Positions 1 to 14,534 of a stretch of 64,000 nucleotides of DNA are shown piece after piece. The translations under genes and the position numbers were made by a program. The DNA comes from Mobula hypostoma. Its lineage: Eukaryota. The notes under the pieces are model-generated. The model worked only from the letters and a program-made list of their open reading frames with translations, had not been told where the DNA came from and made no database searches. The DNA lies in assembly GCF_963921235.1 (NCBI RefSeq), contig NC_086097.1, positions 96,226,001 to 96,290,000 of the forward strand, read 5' to 3'. The first letter of the stretch is position 1. Each line of letters opens with the position of its first letter.

Positions 1-1500
<1,500 letters not shown>

Positions 1501-4500
1501 CTCTCTGCGTAAAAAAACTTACCCCTGATATCTCCTCTGTACCTACTTCCAAGCACATTAAAACTGTGCCCTCTTGTGTTAGCCGTTTCAGCCCTGGGAA
1601 ACAGCCTCTGCCTATCCACATGATCAATGCCTCTCATCATCTTATACACCTCTATCAGGTCACCTCTCATCCTTTGTCGCTCCAAGGAAAAAAGGCCGAG
1701 TTCATTCAACCTATCCTCATAAGGCATGCTCCCTAATCCAGGCAACATCCTTGTAAATCACCCTTTCTATGGTTTCCACATCCTTCCTATACTGAGGTGA
1801 CCAGAAGTGAGCACAGTCCTCCAAGTAGGGTCTGACCAGAGTCCTATATAGCTGCAACATTGCCTCTTGGCTCCTAACCTCAATCCCATGATTGATGAAG
1901 GCCAATGCACTGTATGCTTTCTCAACCAGAGTCAACCTCCACAGCAGCTTTGAATGTTCTATGGACTCGTACCCCAAGATCCCTCTGATCCTCTACACCA
2001 CCGAGAGTCTTACCATTAATACTATATTCTACCATCATATTTGACCTACCAAAATGAACCACCTCATACTTACCTGGGTTGAACTCCATCTGCCACTTCT
2101 CAGCCCAGTTTAACCTCTGACAGCCCTCAATACTATTCACAACACCCCCAACCTTTGTGTCATCATCAAATTTACTAACCCATCCCTCCATTTCCTCATC
2201 TAGGTAGTTTATAAAAATCACGAAGAGTAGTGGTCCCAGAATAGATCCCTGAGGCACACCACTGGTGACCAACCTCCATGCAGACTATAACCCATCTACA
2301 ACCATCCTTTGCCTTCTGTGAGCAAGTTAGTTCTGGATCCACTAAGCAATGTCCCCTTGGATCCCCTGCCTCCTTACTTTCTCAATAAGCCTTGCACAGG
2401 GTACCTTGTCAAATGCCTTGCTGAAATCCATATACACTACATCTATGGCTCTACCTTCATCAATGTGTTTAGTCACATCCTCAAAAAATTTAATCAGGCT
2501 CGTAAGGCATGGTGTGCCTTTGACAAAGCCATGCCGACTATTCCTAATCATATTATGCCTCTTCAAATGTTCATACATCCTGCCTCTCAGGATCTCCTCA
2601 TTCAACTTACCTGCCACCGAAGTAAGACTCACTGGTCTGTAATTTCCTGGGCTTTCTCTACTCCCTTTCTCGAATAAGGGAACAACATCTGCAACCCTCC
2701 AGAACCTCTTCCGTCCTCACTGGTGATCCACAGATCATTGCCAGAGGCTCAACAATCTCCTCCCTCGCCTCCCACAGTAGCCTGGGGTACATCTCATCTG
2801 GCTCCGGTGACTTACCTAACTTGATGCTTTCCAAAAGCTCCAGCACATCTTTCTTAATATCTACATGCTCAAGCTTTTCAGTCTGCTGTAAGTCATCCCT
2901 ATAATCACCAAGATCCTTTTCTGTAGTGAATACTGAAGCAAAGTACTCATTAGGTACCTCTGCTATCTCCTCCGGTCCCCCAGTTCCATACACACTTCTC
3001 CACTGTCACACTTGATTGGTCCTATTCTCTGATGTCTTATCCTCTTGCTCTTCACATACTTGTAGAATACCTTGGGGTTATCCTTAATCCTTCTGCCAAG
3101 GCCTTCTTATGGTCCCTTCTGGCTCTCCTAATTTCTTTCTTAAGCTCCTTCCTGCTAGCCATATAATCTTCCAGATCTCTATCATTACCTAGTTTTTTGA
3201 ACCTTTTGTAAGCTCTTCTTTTCTTCTTGACTAGATTTACAACAGACTTTGTACACTATGGTTCCTGTACCCTACCATCCTTTTCCTGTCTCATTGGAAC
3301 GTACCTATGCAAAACTCCACGCAAATATCCCCTGAACATTTGCCACATTTCTTCTGTACATTTCCCTGAGAACATCTGTTTCCAATTTATGCTTCCAAGT
3401 TCCTGCCTGATAGCTTCATATTTCCCCTTACTCCAATTACACGTTTCCCTAACTTGTCTGTTCCTATCCCTCTCTAATGCTATGGCAAAGGAGATAAAAT
3501 TGTGATCACTATCTCCAAAATGCTCTCCCACCGAGATCTGACACCTGACCAGGTTCATTTCCCAAATACCAGATCAAGTACAGCCTCTCCTCTTGTAGGC
3601 TTATCTACATATTGTGCTAAGAAACCTTCCTGAACACACCGAATAAACTCCATCCCATCTAAACCCCTTGCTCTAGGGACATGACAATTAATATTTGGGA
3701 AATTAAAATCACCCACCACAACAACCCTGTTATTATTACTCCTTTCCAGAATCTGTCTCTCCATCTGCTCCTTGATGTCCCTGTTACTATTGGCTGGTCT
3801 ATAAAAAACACCCAGTAGAGTTATTGACCCCTTACTGTTCCTAATTCCTACCCACAGAGACTCTGTAGACAATCTGTCCACATCTTCCTCCTTTTCTGCA
3901 GCCCTGTCACTATCTCTGATCAACAGTGCCACACCCCCACCTCTTTTGCCTCCCTCCCTGTCCTTTCTGAAACATCTAAAGCCTGGCACTCTAAGTCACC
4001 ATTCCCGCCCCTGAGCCTTCCAAGTCTCTGTAATGGCCACAACATCATAGGTCCAAGTACTGATCCATGCTCTAAGCTCATCCACTTTGTTCATTATACT
4101 CCTTGCATTAAAATAGACACACCTCAAACCATCGGTCTGAGCGTGTCCCTTCTCTATCACTTGCCTATCCTCCCTCTCGCACTGTCTCCAAGCTTTCTCT
4201 ATTTGTGAGCCAACTGCCTCTTCCTCCGTCTCTTCAGTTTGGTGCTCATCCCCCAGCAATTCTAGTCTAAACTCTCCCCAGTAGCCTTTGCAAATCTCCC
4301 TGCCAGGAATATTGGTCCCCCTGGGATTCAAGTGCAACAAGTCCTTTTTGTACAGGTCACTCCTGCCCCAAAGGGGGTCCAAATAATCCAGAAATCTGAA
4401 TCCCTGCCCCCTGCTCCAAACCCCCAACCACGCATTTACCCTCCATCTCACTGTATTCCTATACTCACTGTCACGTGGCACAGGCAGTAATCCCGAGATT

Positions 4501-4990
4501 ACTACCTTTGTGGTCCTGCTTCTTAACTTCCTTCCTAACTCCCTGTAGTCTGCTTTCAGGTCCTCCTCCCTATGTTGTTGGTACCAGTATGTACTACAAT
4601 CTCTGGCTGTTCTCCATCCCACTTCAGGATATTTTGGATGTGATCAGAAACATCCTGGACCCTGGCACCTGGGATGCAAACTACCATCCATGCTTCTTTC
4701 CTGCGTCCACAGAATTGCCTGTCTGACCCCCTAACACTGCTGCCATCCTCTTCCTTTCCCTATCTTTCTGAGCCACAGGACCAGGCTCTGTGCCAGAGGT
4801 GCGGACACTTTTGCTTCCCCCAGGTAGGCCATCCCCCCGAACAGTACTCAAGCAGGACTTCCTATTGTCAAGGGGTACAGCCACAAGGGTGCTCTCTAGC
4901 CTCTGACTGCTCCCCTTCCCTCTCCTGACTGTTACCCACTTATCTGACTCCCCAGGTCCTGGTGTGACTATCTGCCTTTTGCCCCTCTCT
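1501..4990 (-). mobile_element. CR1 LINE, nearly full-length and degenerate (ORF1 esterase plus ORF2 APE-RT); 3' end absent at the Rex junction
   Basis: ORF fragments: KVVISGLLPVPR...HLNPRG (SGNH esterase-like ORF1), CVYFNARSI...DVVAITETW, VVVVGDFNFP, SDHN (APE), DVVYMDFSKAFDKV, GVPQGSILGPLLF, RGDLIEVYK. Confidence 0.92.
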
Positions 4991-5513
4991 CTCACCTTGG
5001 GGTTTGAGAAGAGTAGCTAGACATTTGTGCATAGAAGACTGAACAGAACAAAATGTGAACAGCTATTACTGAGATTGTGGCCTGTTATGAGGCTTAAACC
5101 TTATGATAGATATGATGCATCTCTGGGGCTACTTAGCCATTTAATGGGTTACTGAAGTTTACCTATGGAATCTGGATTTGCTGAGAACTGAAATGTAATT
5201 AAATTGTGACTAACTTCCCTATTCTTGAGAATAATTACCTCTTAAACAGCTTTAGGTCTACATATACAGTAGTGCCTATCAGCTGGTAGTAGTCTTCTTT
5301 GTAATTCTTGGTTGTTTTGCATTATCAGTAGAGAGAATAATTGTAATGTAATGTAATCCATTGATTCCACTTAAATCAGGCTCAATTAGACAAAATTTCA
5401 GGTACAATATCTTGCATACAAGGATGTCTAAAACAATCTAAATTTGAACTGGGCCATTCTTCAGAGTAGCTGGCATGTACGTAAACATAATATTCCTTAA
5501 ATATATAAATGGA

Positions 5514-6270
5514 GGAGGAGCTTAGAAGGATTATTGGTGCCTAACGGTGACTCCTTTGCTTGAATCCTTGGAAACAACTCTATTTCCACCTTCAATATTT
5601 CTATTTTTCCCTTTCAGGGTTCTTTTGAAGACCTTGACCTGGAGTTGCACACTGACTATGGTTCTTTGAGGGAATGGGACCCCCTCTCGGGGTTTCATGA
5701 CTGGCCATTATTCGGCATGCCAAGGGCTTGGCCTAAGAGCTCAGCTTGCCTTCGGAGGGCCGAGATCGCATGGCTCTGGAGACGGGCAGATTGAAGGTCG
5801 GTGTCGGGGCAGATGATAGATCTGAGATGGAAGACCAGAGATCTTTGGGCACAGAACTTGAAAAAAAGTGACACAACAGACTTTTAACATCATAAACCAG
5901 CGAGTTGTTTGTTATGTCTCCCCTCTCGCTGTGAAACGGAGACATCCCTTTCTCCCTTATTAGGTAGAGAGAGAGCCTGTGGTATCTTAAATACCGGGTG
6001 AACAAGTAGTCTTTGGAGTACTGCAAGTCTGCGTCTTTGCTGTTGCTTTGTGCCTGGTGGTAGGTGCCAATGCTCTTTTTCTGCTGGTGGGGGGAGGGGG
6101 ATCATTACTTGCTGCCCCTTACAGACAGGAGGGGAGGGGGATTTTGGGGTTCTAACATTTAACTGTCATTCATTCTTTAGGGGCACTCCATTTTCGTGGA
6201 TGGTTGCAAAGAAAAAGCATTTCAGGATGTATATTGTATATATTTCTCTGGCATTAAATGTACCTTTGAA
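5514..6270 (+). repeat. Unclassified non-coding interspersed repeat; about 130 bp near its 5' end recurs at 31670-31800
   Basis: Shared block cctaacgg..actcctttgcttg...tatttttcc.tttcagggttcttttgaagacc.tgacctggagtt in both places; 3' end resembles a LINE-type tail (attaaatgtacctttgaa). Confidence 0.6.
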
Positions 6271-7361
6271 ATGGAGCATGGGTGGGGGCTGACCTATTTT
6301 TATGCCACTTAGGGAAATATTGTGTGAACAGGTGTGCTGACTGGCTTAGCAGACTCACAATTCTTATGTTGCTATTAATTATAGATATAGTTTCAATCTA
6401 TAACCCTATAGACCCAGAAATAATTCTTCCAATTCCAGTTGTCACCATTACCTCCTTTTCTTTCTGGTGCAGCAGTAAAGCAAATAGCACTATCTTCTTG
6501 CACCTCTAACACATGACCGATGTCGTCAGCTCACACAAAATATTAATGAAAGCCATGGGCTGATTGATTGGAAGCCTTTAGGCCATGAAATCAGACTATC
6601 AAGTTGCATGTGATCATCAGATTTATCGAATAACTGTGTCCAAGTAAAAAATAACAAAGTTTCAATACAATAATGACATAGGAAAACAAAAACTTAGCAG
6701 CAAGTTGTATTCCTGTTCTTAAAGTTATCACACCACAAAGCTACACAGTGTTTATTCAATACATTAGGAAGTTAATGGGAGTCTGCTTAAATGTTTTCAT
6801 TCTCATAGTTATAAATCTTTATAGCACACTAGCATAGTAAAAATCATACATTGTGTAGTGCACAAGATTGAATGTTTATTGAGTGTATTACGTTACTCTT
6901 TACTGAGGGGGTGTTAGAAGGAGCATATTCTATTTGGGGATTATGCTAGAAAAGGCTATGGATATCCACTCACTTCACAATATCCTGAACAATCCCCCTC
7001 AGCCACCGCCCCCAGCCCCTTTAGTTTTCTGAACACATAAAAATGAATTTAAAGGATTGGACATGATTCATGAAACTGAGGAGGAAAATGAGGCATCAGG
7101 CAGCATAACATTTCTTTGAACGTTAAATAATAGGTAACAGGTAGTTAGATGTCCTGAAACATCAGTAACAAATATCGAGTATTTAACTGCTGACAGGTTA
7201 GGATATTTTCTCCTTGTTCCTTTAACACTAATTATAAATTTAACAAAGTCTCTCTCTATTCAGTAGTACTAGATAGTGAGGATATTACACTATAAAGAAA
7301 AACAACACAATAATTTGTTGTAATTACATTAAAAAAAATACAAACAACTTGGATGAATATT

Positions 7362-7640
7362 TGGGTGACACAGTAATGTAGTGGTTAGCACAATGCTTTA
7401 ATGTACCAGTGATCTGGGTTGATTTTCTGCTGCTGTCTGTAAGGAGTTTGTGTGACTGTGTCAGTTTTCTCCAGGTGCTCTAGTTTCCTCCCATAGTCCA
7501 AAGATGTACTGGTTGGTGGGTTAATTGGTCATTTTAAATTGCCCTGTGTTTAGGCTAGTGTTAAATCATGGGTTGCCGGGTGGCATGGCTCAAACAGCTA
7601 GAAGGGCCTATTCCACACAGTAGTTCAATAAATAAATATA
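7362..7640 (+). mobile_element. tRNA-derived V-SINE (HE1-like)
   Basis: tRNA-like head (gtagtggttagcac...ctgggttga), V-domain core (gtgctctagtttcctcccatagtccaaagatgt...ggttaattgg...taaattgccc), CR1-like 3' gaagggcc and an aataaataaat tail. Confidence 0.75.
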
Positions 7641-8550
7641 TAAATAAACATTCATAAAAAATCTTTCTTGCTGAAAGTGGAATGTAAGTTACTATACAAA
7701 AACATTCAAAACTTATTAAAAAGAAGGAAAAGTCATGATTACATTCTGTAAAATAGTTGATCTGATTTCATCTGGAAATAAAACATTGTGAAACCTGCTG
7801 AACTGCTGAGTTCCTTCAGCATTTTGTGTGTGCTACTGTGAAATCTAAATATCCATTTAGATATAACCTGCTCATGTCAACAATATTAATATGCAACTGA
7901 ATAATATCATTAAAGGACTAGAAGTTCCCTTTCAAGAAACAGAAATGTTGGAATTTAATGCTTGGAAGAAAAGGGGCTGGGAAATTCAGAGTGTTAAATG
8001 GAAGGTGCCTTTACATTTACTTCTTATGACAATGCACAGCTAGAATCTCACAAGTGTTTAGAGACAAGATTTCACAATCTGTTACACTCAGCATACTCAA
8101 TAAACAGAGTAATCAGTTATATAAAAGTGCTTTAAACAGTGCATTACAAGATAGCAAAATGAACATTTTGTATTTCAGACACTACTGGCAATTACTTCAA
8201 CCCATTGTATAAAGGATGAGTTAGATTATTCTGGTGAGTGTTTCACACAAGTGAAAAGAAGGTAGAAATTACACATACCACTTTATGTACTACAAACATC
8301 ACAGCTTCAATTAGTAATACAGGCTCTCCTCCTTTAATAAATAAACTAGAAATATAAATACTGAGTGTTAATTCTAACTCTTATAAAATAATAGATCACT
8401 AAAGAAATTTTTGCAAAAGCAAACTTTCATAACAACTCTGATGCTACTCTACAATCAAAGTACTATTTCCATTCTCCAGTCTATGATTATTTCTACTCTG
8501 TATCAGTTCATTCAAGTTTCAGAGTCTTTATGGGTGTGAATGCAGGAGCA

Positions 8551-11500
8551 TTAGAACATCAGGTAATGATTACAATTTGTGCCCTTTTTAAACACAGTTA
8601 ATCCTGACTGTGGCACAGAATTACTTTCCCTTTTATTAGGGCTAATAGTACAACAATTTATGCCTGGCATCAAGTTACTTATAAGAAGGCAGATTAAAAT
8701 TATGAACAGTTTATTAAAATATCATTTGAATAACTTAACAGTCACAAGTCTTCACTCAAAATGTTATCAAATGGAATTTTCATTTGAATTTTAGAATTAG
8801 TTTCATTTAAACTTTCACCTCAACTTCTTCCCCACCACTTAGCACTTTATAGCCTTATATTGGAGATTTCCCATTTCCATGCTACCGTTTGGACTTTGGC
8901 TCCATTAATTTACCAGAGAGCATAAAACTTGCATCATTGGGGACTTTTAGGAAAGAAACACCTTGTTGTGTGGTTTCTTTTTAAGGATATAATGCCCAAC
9001 TTTCTTACTGAAGCACCGAAGGCTCTTGAGACACACTATTAGCTATTCTCCAAGGCATTACCCACTCAAAGTAAGATTCAATGCCATGTGTTTTTATGCA
9101 GTTAAAGCATTCTCTGGACAATTTACTGACATGTTTACCAAGAACTGGTGGGTTGAAACATTGGATCAACAGTCTCTTAACATGTGTTATCTGCACTCCT
9201 TTGTACAAAGGCATGTTTCTCTTACACTGCATATCAAAGCATCTATTATATATAATACAGAATGTTCTACTATGTGGCCACATAATAACCCCTACAGTAT
9301 GTTATAAAGTGAGGGGAGACCTATTCATAGACTAATCCGGAACGGAAGAGGCCTTCAGCCCAATTTGTCCTTGCCCATCAAGATGTCCATCTAAACTAGT
9401 TCCATTTGCCCATGTTTGGTGTACATCACTCTAAATTTATGTGATACAACTAATGTATCAGCTGCTTTGCTGAGATAACTAATCAATTACTTACTACTTC
9501 TACTCTAGATTGACAATACAGTTATGCTATTACATTTAATTTCTGCATACAATTCAGAGTCTGCAATTTTTGCATCCACTTATTCTAACAGAAAAAAATG
9601 TGAGAGACTTTATACCAAGTTCTACAGAGGAAAGAGTAATGGGTTGTAGTTTGTTTGTGACTGTTGAGTTTAAAAAAAAACAATAAGCCAGTATTCTTCT
9701 GTTGATTAAGAAAGGAAGTTCTGAAGTACTTTCACATCAGACTCGAGCCTTGCATAACAAGCTTTGCACTCTCCCCCACTATCTTTGCACCCACATTTTA
9801 CAAGTTAATCCCAACATTGATTGAGGAACTATTTTGTTGGCATAGCAGTACTTTATGAAGATATAATGCTAAACTAAACATAATGCATTTTAGAAGATGT
9901 CAGTAGGTTCTTGTCCTTCAGCATAATATATTACAGGAGGCATAATGTCATATTCTATTGCTTTTAAAATTAACAACTACTTGATGCTTTGAACATGCAT
10001 AGGGAAATATTCTGAATTTGCACTGCTTATGGCTGATGCATAATAAGTGATCATGAGCATATTACCCCCTCCCCACCCTCCCACCTCACCATTTGCACAG
10101 GTTTTAAAGCTAACGACTGTGCAATATTCCCAATACATGGCAGTACAACTAGGAAAAGTTAATTACCATGTCATAACTTAGCAGGCCACTGTTGCACCTG
10201 AGCTTATGTGCAGAGAACATAGCAAAGGAATTAAAATGGAGGGCCAATACTTGACATTGTATGTAGCTCTATGTCACTTAACATACAGTTTCTCTCACTG
10301 CAGTTAGCAGTGGGCTCTCTCCTTGGAGGTATCAACTGTGGTCTAATGACAGTTATTTTCCTGTTCAACTGGGTAAAAAAACATAAAAGGGATGGTTTTT
10401 GTGTAAATTCATGATAATTCACATACTACATTTACAAATGTAATTGTATCATGTATTACTTGTTAAATGTAATTAATTTTAAATGTTATGACATATTACA
10501 TAAATATAAAGTTTGTTATGTAAATTTACTACAAACCACCAATTACATGTTAGTTAACCCTGTTTTTCCTTCCAGATGCTGCCAGACCCACTGAGTATTT
10601 CCAGCATTTTAAGCTTACTTTAGATTTCTAGCATCAACAGTGCTTTTGTTTTAAATCACATTATTAAACTTTGGAGAGGAAAAAAGAATAATATATTTAT
10701 ATTTGTTCTTCACCTGTTGCTCAGAATTGCAAATCCCAATAGAGAGCTGGGCAATAATATGGTCTGAAAGCGATTTCAAGGTTTTTTGCCCCTAGATTGT
10801 GGTAGGCATATAATGCTCTACAGATTTTTTAATCATTCATTGGTGATGGCAGAAGCAATGATATGAAACTCCTTAAGTGCTGCTAAAGCTGCTTTCATCT
10901 AGACAAGCAAAGAGTATCTTATCATATCCTTAACCTTGGATCTGTAGATGATGGAGTCATTTTTGGAAGTTGGAAGCAGAGTTCATAATTATTTCTGAAT
11001 TGCTACTGTGGGCACAATATTTATATGCCTCATTCAATTAAGCTTTTGGTTAGAGCACATCTACAGATAGTTCATGTGGGGATATCAAATAAAGAACCAC
11101 AAATGGGAATATCAAATATTTACTCTTCTTTGGTTGTTCTTTGCAGTAGAACAACTTGAACCAACTTGGGAATATAAAGGGATCGCAGATTAATTGGAAA
11201 GTTTAAGAGCTGCAATCCAAAAATAAATCTTAGTTTAAAAGGTACTGAAGAAAGAAAATCAAATTCCAGCTTTCCAGTTTCTCTTGAGCATGATATCTTT
11301 TCTGTAATGATTTTTGGTTATAGAATGAGTAGGTTAATAGTGTTGCAATATATGCAGTAGGTCAGGAAGAATGCACGATGATTATCATTATATACATAGC
11401 AGGAGCTGCAAGTTAATAATACTATACTGCAAAGAGAAAAGGTACTATATGCACTCTTATTTGAATGAATTCACAATAAAGGTATGTAGTTGTTTTGGGA

Positions 11501-13152
11501 CAAGATGTGAAAGGTGAACTGAGCAGAGATGAAATCCTATAAACTGGACTTTTTTTGATTATTTACTTTTCAGACTCTATGAACATTTCCAGATGGTGCC
11601 TATTTACATGGTTAATTAATTTGTTCGTAAAAAAAACATGATAATGTAGGATTCCACAAATACCCATAACTGAATGAAAGTAGAGACACATTCTGATGCT
11701 TCTCCTCTTAGGTATTCCCTTGGGATCAGGCTTGAATTGCTTCTGCTCCACTTTCTGAGTAACTGATGTGTCAACATGGACCTGCAGTGTCTGCTAAAGG
11801 TGACAAAGTTGGTGGGTAATTGGGAGGTGGTACACTCCTTCCATTCTTTATTCTGGACTTCTATGACTTCCTGACACCTTGACTCAAAGTCCTCAGGGCC
11901 ATCCTGAACGATCTTTCTCTTCTTTGAGTGGTTGTGGGGCAGGAACTCCCAAGAGTCAGTGAAGATATTGTTCTCAATGTGGCCACGAGAACTTCTTTGA
12001 ATATTTTTTCTCTGTTCAGTTATTATGTGGCAGACAGATTTGAACAGCTGCAAAGAATATTTAGAACTCATGCACGAACCTGCTTGACATTTTACAGAGT
12101 CCTCTTTTCTCTACTATAATTCAAATATACCCAATAAGAAGACATTTTTCATCCCCCGCTAACATCTTCCAATTTTTTTCATTATGGCTCAGGGCAGATG
12201 GTAGAATTCTAGTATTGTATCAGCTAGGTAGCAATTTACTGGTACATTGGTCTTTACAAAAGGAAGTGTGCCTTGCTGAATTTTACAGGGCTTTTGTAAG
12301 ATCTCATCTAATATTGACAGTGGAGGTTTGGTTTCTGTACCTAAAGGAGAACACTCTTGCCTTGGAATGAGTGCCAGGTAAATTTATTAAACTGAACCCC
12401 AAGATGTGTGAGTCATCCAAAGAAGAGACACCAAGTAACGCCAGCCTACACTCTCTGGAATTTAGAAGAATGGGAGGTGATCTCATTGAGGCGCTGCTGT
12501 TTCCTGTGTCCCTTGAGAAATTTGTTTCTGCAGAAATCAGTATATCACTGGAATTTTCTGACTCGGAGGCTGTAGCTGGTCAAGCCTAAGGCCATGAAAA
12601 AGATAGCCTTTTGAGCACAGAGGACATTGTAATTGAGAGGAATAGTGAGTAAGACAGAGAATCCATCATCTGTTTTGAAAGACACAACAGATCCAAGGGG
12701 CTTATTAGCACTTCCGTTTCTAATTCTCATATTATGATGCTACAAGATAAAAATAGTGCAATATCGATGAGCACGACTTGCATAAACTAATGTAGGTAAA
12801 CAACATTTGGATGAAGGTCATGTTTACATTGTGAAATATCGGATTTGACTTGGGCAGTTCCATGAAAGCATCCCGTGGTTCTCCTAAATGACCGGCCCAC
12901 AATTCCTCTTAGATACAATGGCCTACAACAGTGATGTTCCTACTATAATTCTGTACACAAGGTCATGTGGTCATCATAAATCTTGACTTCTTTCTTTACC
13001 TCACTGAAGGTCACACATTACTAGTTCTGATACCAGAATTGATGAAAAAGGGATCGAGAAACCAACCTGTTATCCTGCTCTAATGATTGCTAACACTTTC
13101 ACTTCACCAGTCATGGGCAGGTTTCATCACTGCCACCAATTAAGTCTATTCA
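8551..13152 (-). pseudogene. Putative unprocessed (intron-containing) pseudogene of an unidentified protein
   Basis: Candidate AG/GT-bounded exons: 13067-13152, 12828-13003, 11664-12739, 11124-11301 (fully open), 10714-11005, 10167-10368, about 9616/9736-9868, 9009-9226 (fully open), 8551-8677. Six junctions are phase-compatible. Several exons carry stops or frameshifts. No protein family recognised. Confidence 0.55.
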
Positions 13153-13789
13153 CTGCAAAGCCAAAGGAAGCACATGAATAATCAGGACAATGCTAAATAT
13201 CGAGTTTGCTAACTGTGTATGAGGACTTTATCTACTAATAAGTAAAACACACTGAAATAATACAAACTCTCTAAGACAGACTTCTGATACAGTGATTCTG
13301 ATTTTGGAAACTTGTATGCAATTAACCCTGAAAGTTCAGTAAAGGAATTCGGTACATCTATAGATCATACACATTAGCCCAAATAAATAGCAAAGAACAC
13401 CTATAAAACTCAGCACATTTCAAGCTATTGTGAAAAGAATGTGAATTGGTGCCATGAAAAGAAATTATAGTTTTCTTGGAGATGTCAGTTTCTTTACATG
13501 AAATAGAAAATGTTGCTGCTAAAGGGAATAAAACTGCCAGCTTATTAGTGTCTAAAGTCTGTCTCTTCAAATGTATTTGAATAAGGAGTGATCTTTTGTA
13601 ACTTGGTGAAAATTTTAACCTTTTACCACCAGTCTGTCATGATTTATGATATTTTGTGGTTATTAAACAACAGGATAAAATACCACAGTAAGAGATGTTG
13701 TATTCAAAGTTAGATTGACAACACAACAGAAAGACATTCTGTAGCAAGATAAAAGCCCTCTAAGCTTCTTCTGGTTAACAACACTGGGC

Positions 13790-13849
13790 TTAGCTCCTTT
13801 TGACGAGGGTATTTCGTATTGCTTCCAAATTTTTCTGGGCTTCTGTGTC
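13790..13849 (-). CDS. RMDN3: RMDN-family terminal coding exon: DTEAQKNLEAIRNTLVKRS-stop
   Basis: Acceptor ttttttctcttaatatag|GAC; 19 codons plus TAA at 13790-13792. Matches the RMDN C-terminal D.EAQK.L..I pattern. Confidence 0.85.
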   Translation of the reverse strand, partial: DTEAQKNLEAIRNTLVKRS

Positions 13850-14181
13850 CTATATTAAGAGAAAAAATTGGACTTAGTGTAAATCATTATCTTTGAGTGA
13901 AGGTGGGAACTATGCTAAATATCTGAATACTGTTTCAATAATGATAAGTCTTAATACAAAACTATTAGTAGAGTGGTCATGTTAGTGTTTTAATACTGTT
14001 TTTATAGATAATTTTAAAATGATATCTAGTATTACTAAGGTCCAAAAATTGCTTTTTATTTATGTATTTAGTTCAACCTATTGATAAACAGGGATTTTTA
14101 GTCAACTCGACAATATAGAAGAGTTTTTAGAAAGTAGTCTCATGCAGACATGATACTAATTCTTTGTTGAACTGCACTTAC

Positions 14182-14262
14182 GTCTTTTGATTTGATAGGC
14201 AATTCAGATGCCAAGTCTAGCCAATGTAGGGCTGTTGCATTGTTGCCAAGGTCCCTGTAGCA
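14182..14262 (-). CDS. RMDN3: RMDN-family penultimate coding exon: CYRDLGNNATALHWLDLASELPIKSKD
   Basis: 81 nt, phase 0-0. Acceptor ttttggtactcaacag|TGC, donor GAC|gtaagt. The CYRDLGNN..A..W..LA.ELP pattern, with Trp, is more RMDN3-like than RMDN2-like. Confidence 0.88.
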
Positions 14263-14534
14263 CTGTTGAGTACCAAAACAGTTCCAGATTACATCCAACA
14301 CATCAAATCAAATGGACTTCTTCATTAATATTAAATTTCAAGATTCAGCCAGCATTTATTTGAATTAGTTTACACATTTAATTGTTGAGAAATAAGCAGA
14401 ATCACTGTATGAAAAATAGATAAAGAACACTGATATAGGAACAGAAATTATGTAATTATGTTCAAAAAGATAAAATAGAATCCCAGTAGAGTACGAACAA
14501 GGTTGGGGTATGCAATCATCAGGAGATGAAAAGC

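Noticed and set aside
7362..7430. tRNA gene (also near 61680-61750)
   Set aside because: These are degenerate tRNA-derived SINE heads followed by a V-domain, with no complete cloverleaf.
10834..10899. Separate terminal exon MKAALAALKEFHIIASAITNE-stop
   Set aside because: Its AG lies within the larger candidate exon 10714-11005, whose length already fits the flanking phases; more likely an internal segment of the decayed exon.
12828..13152. Kinesin-like start for the decayed gene (GEVKVLAIIR..., EELW...DAFME)
   Set aside because: The resemblance is weak and no P-loop or switch motifs follow; not enough to name the gene.
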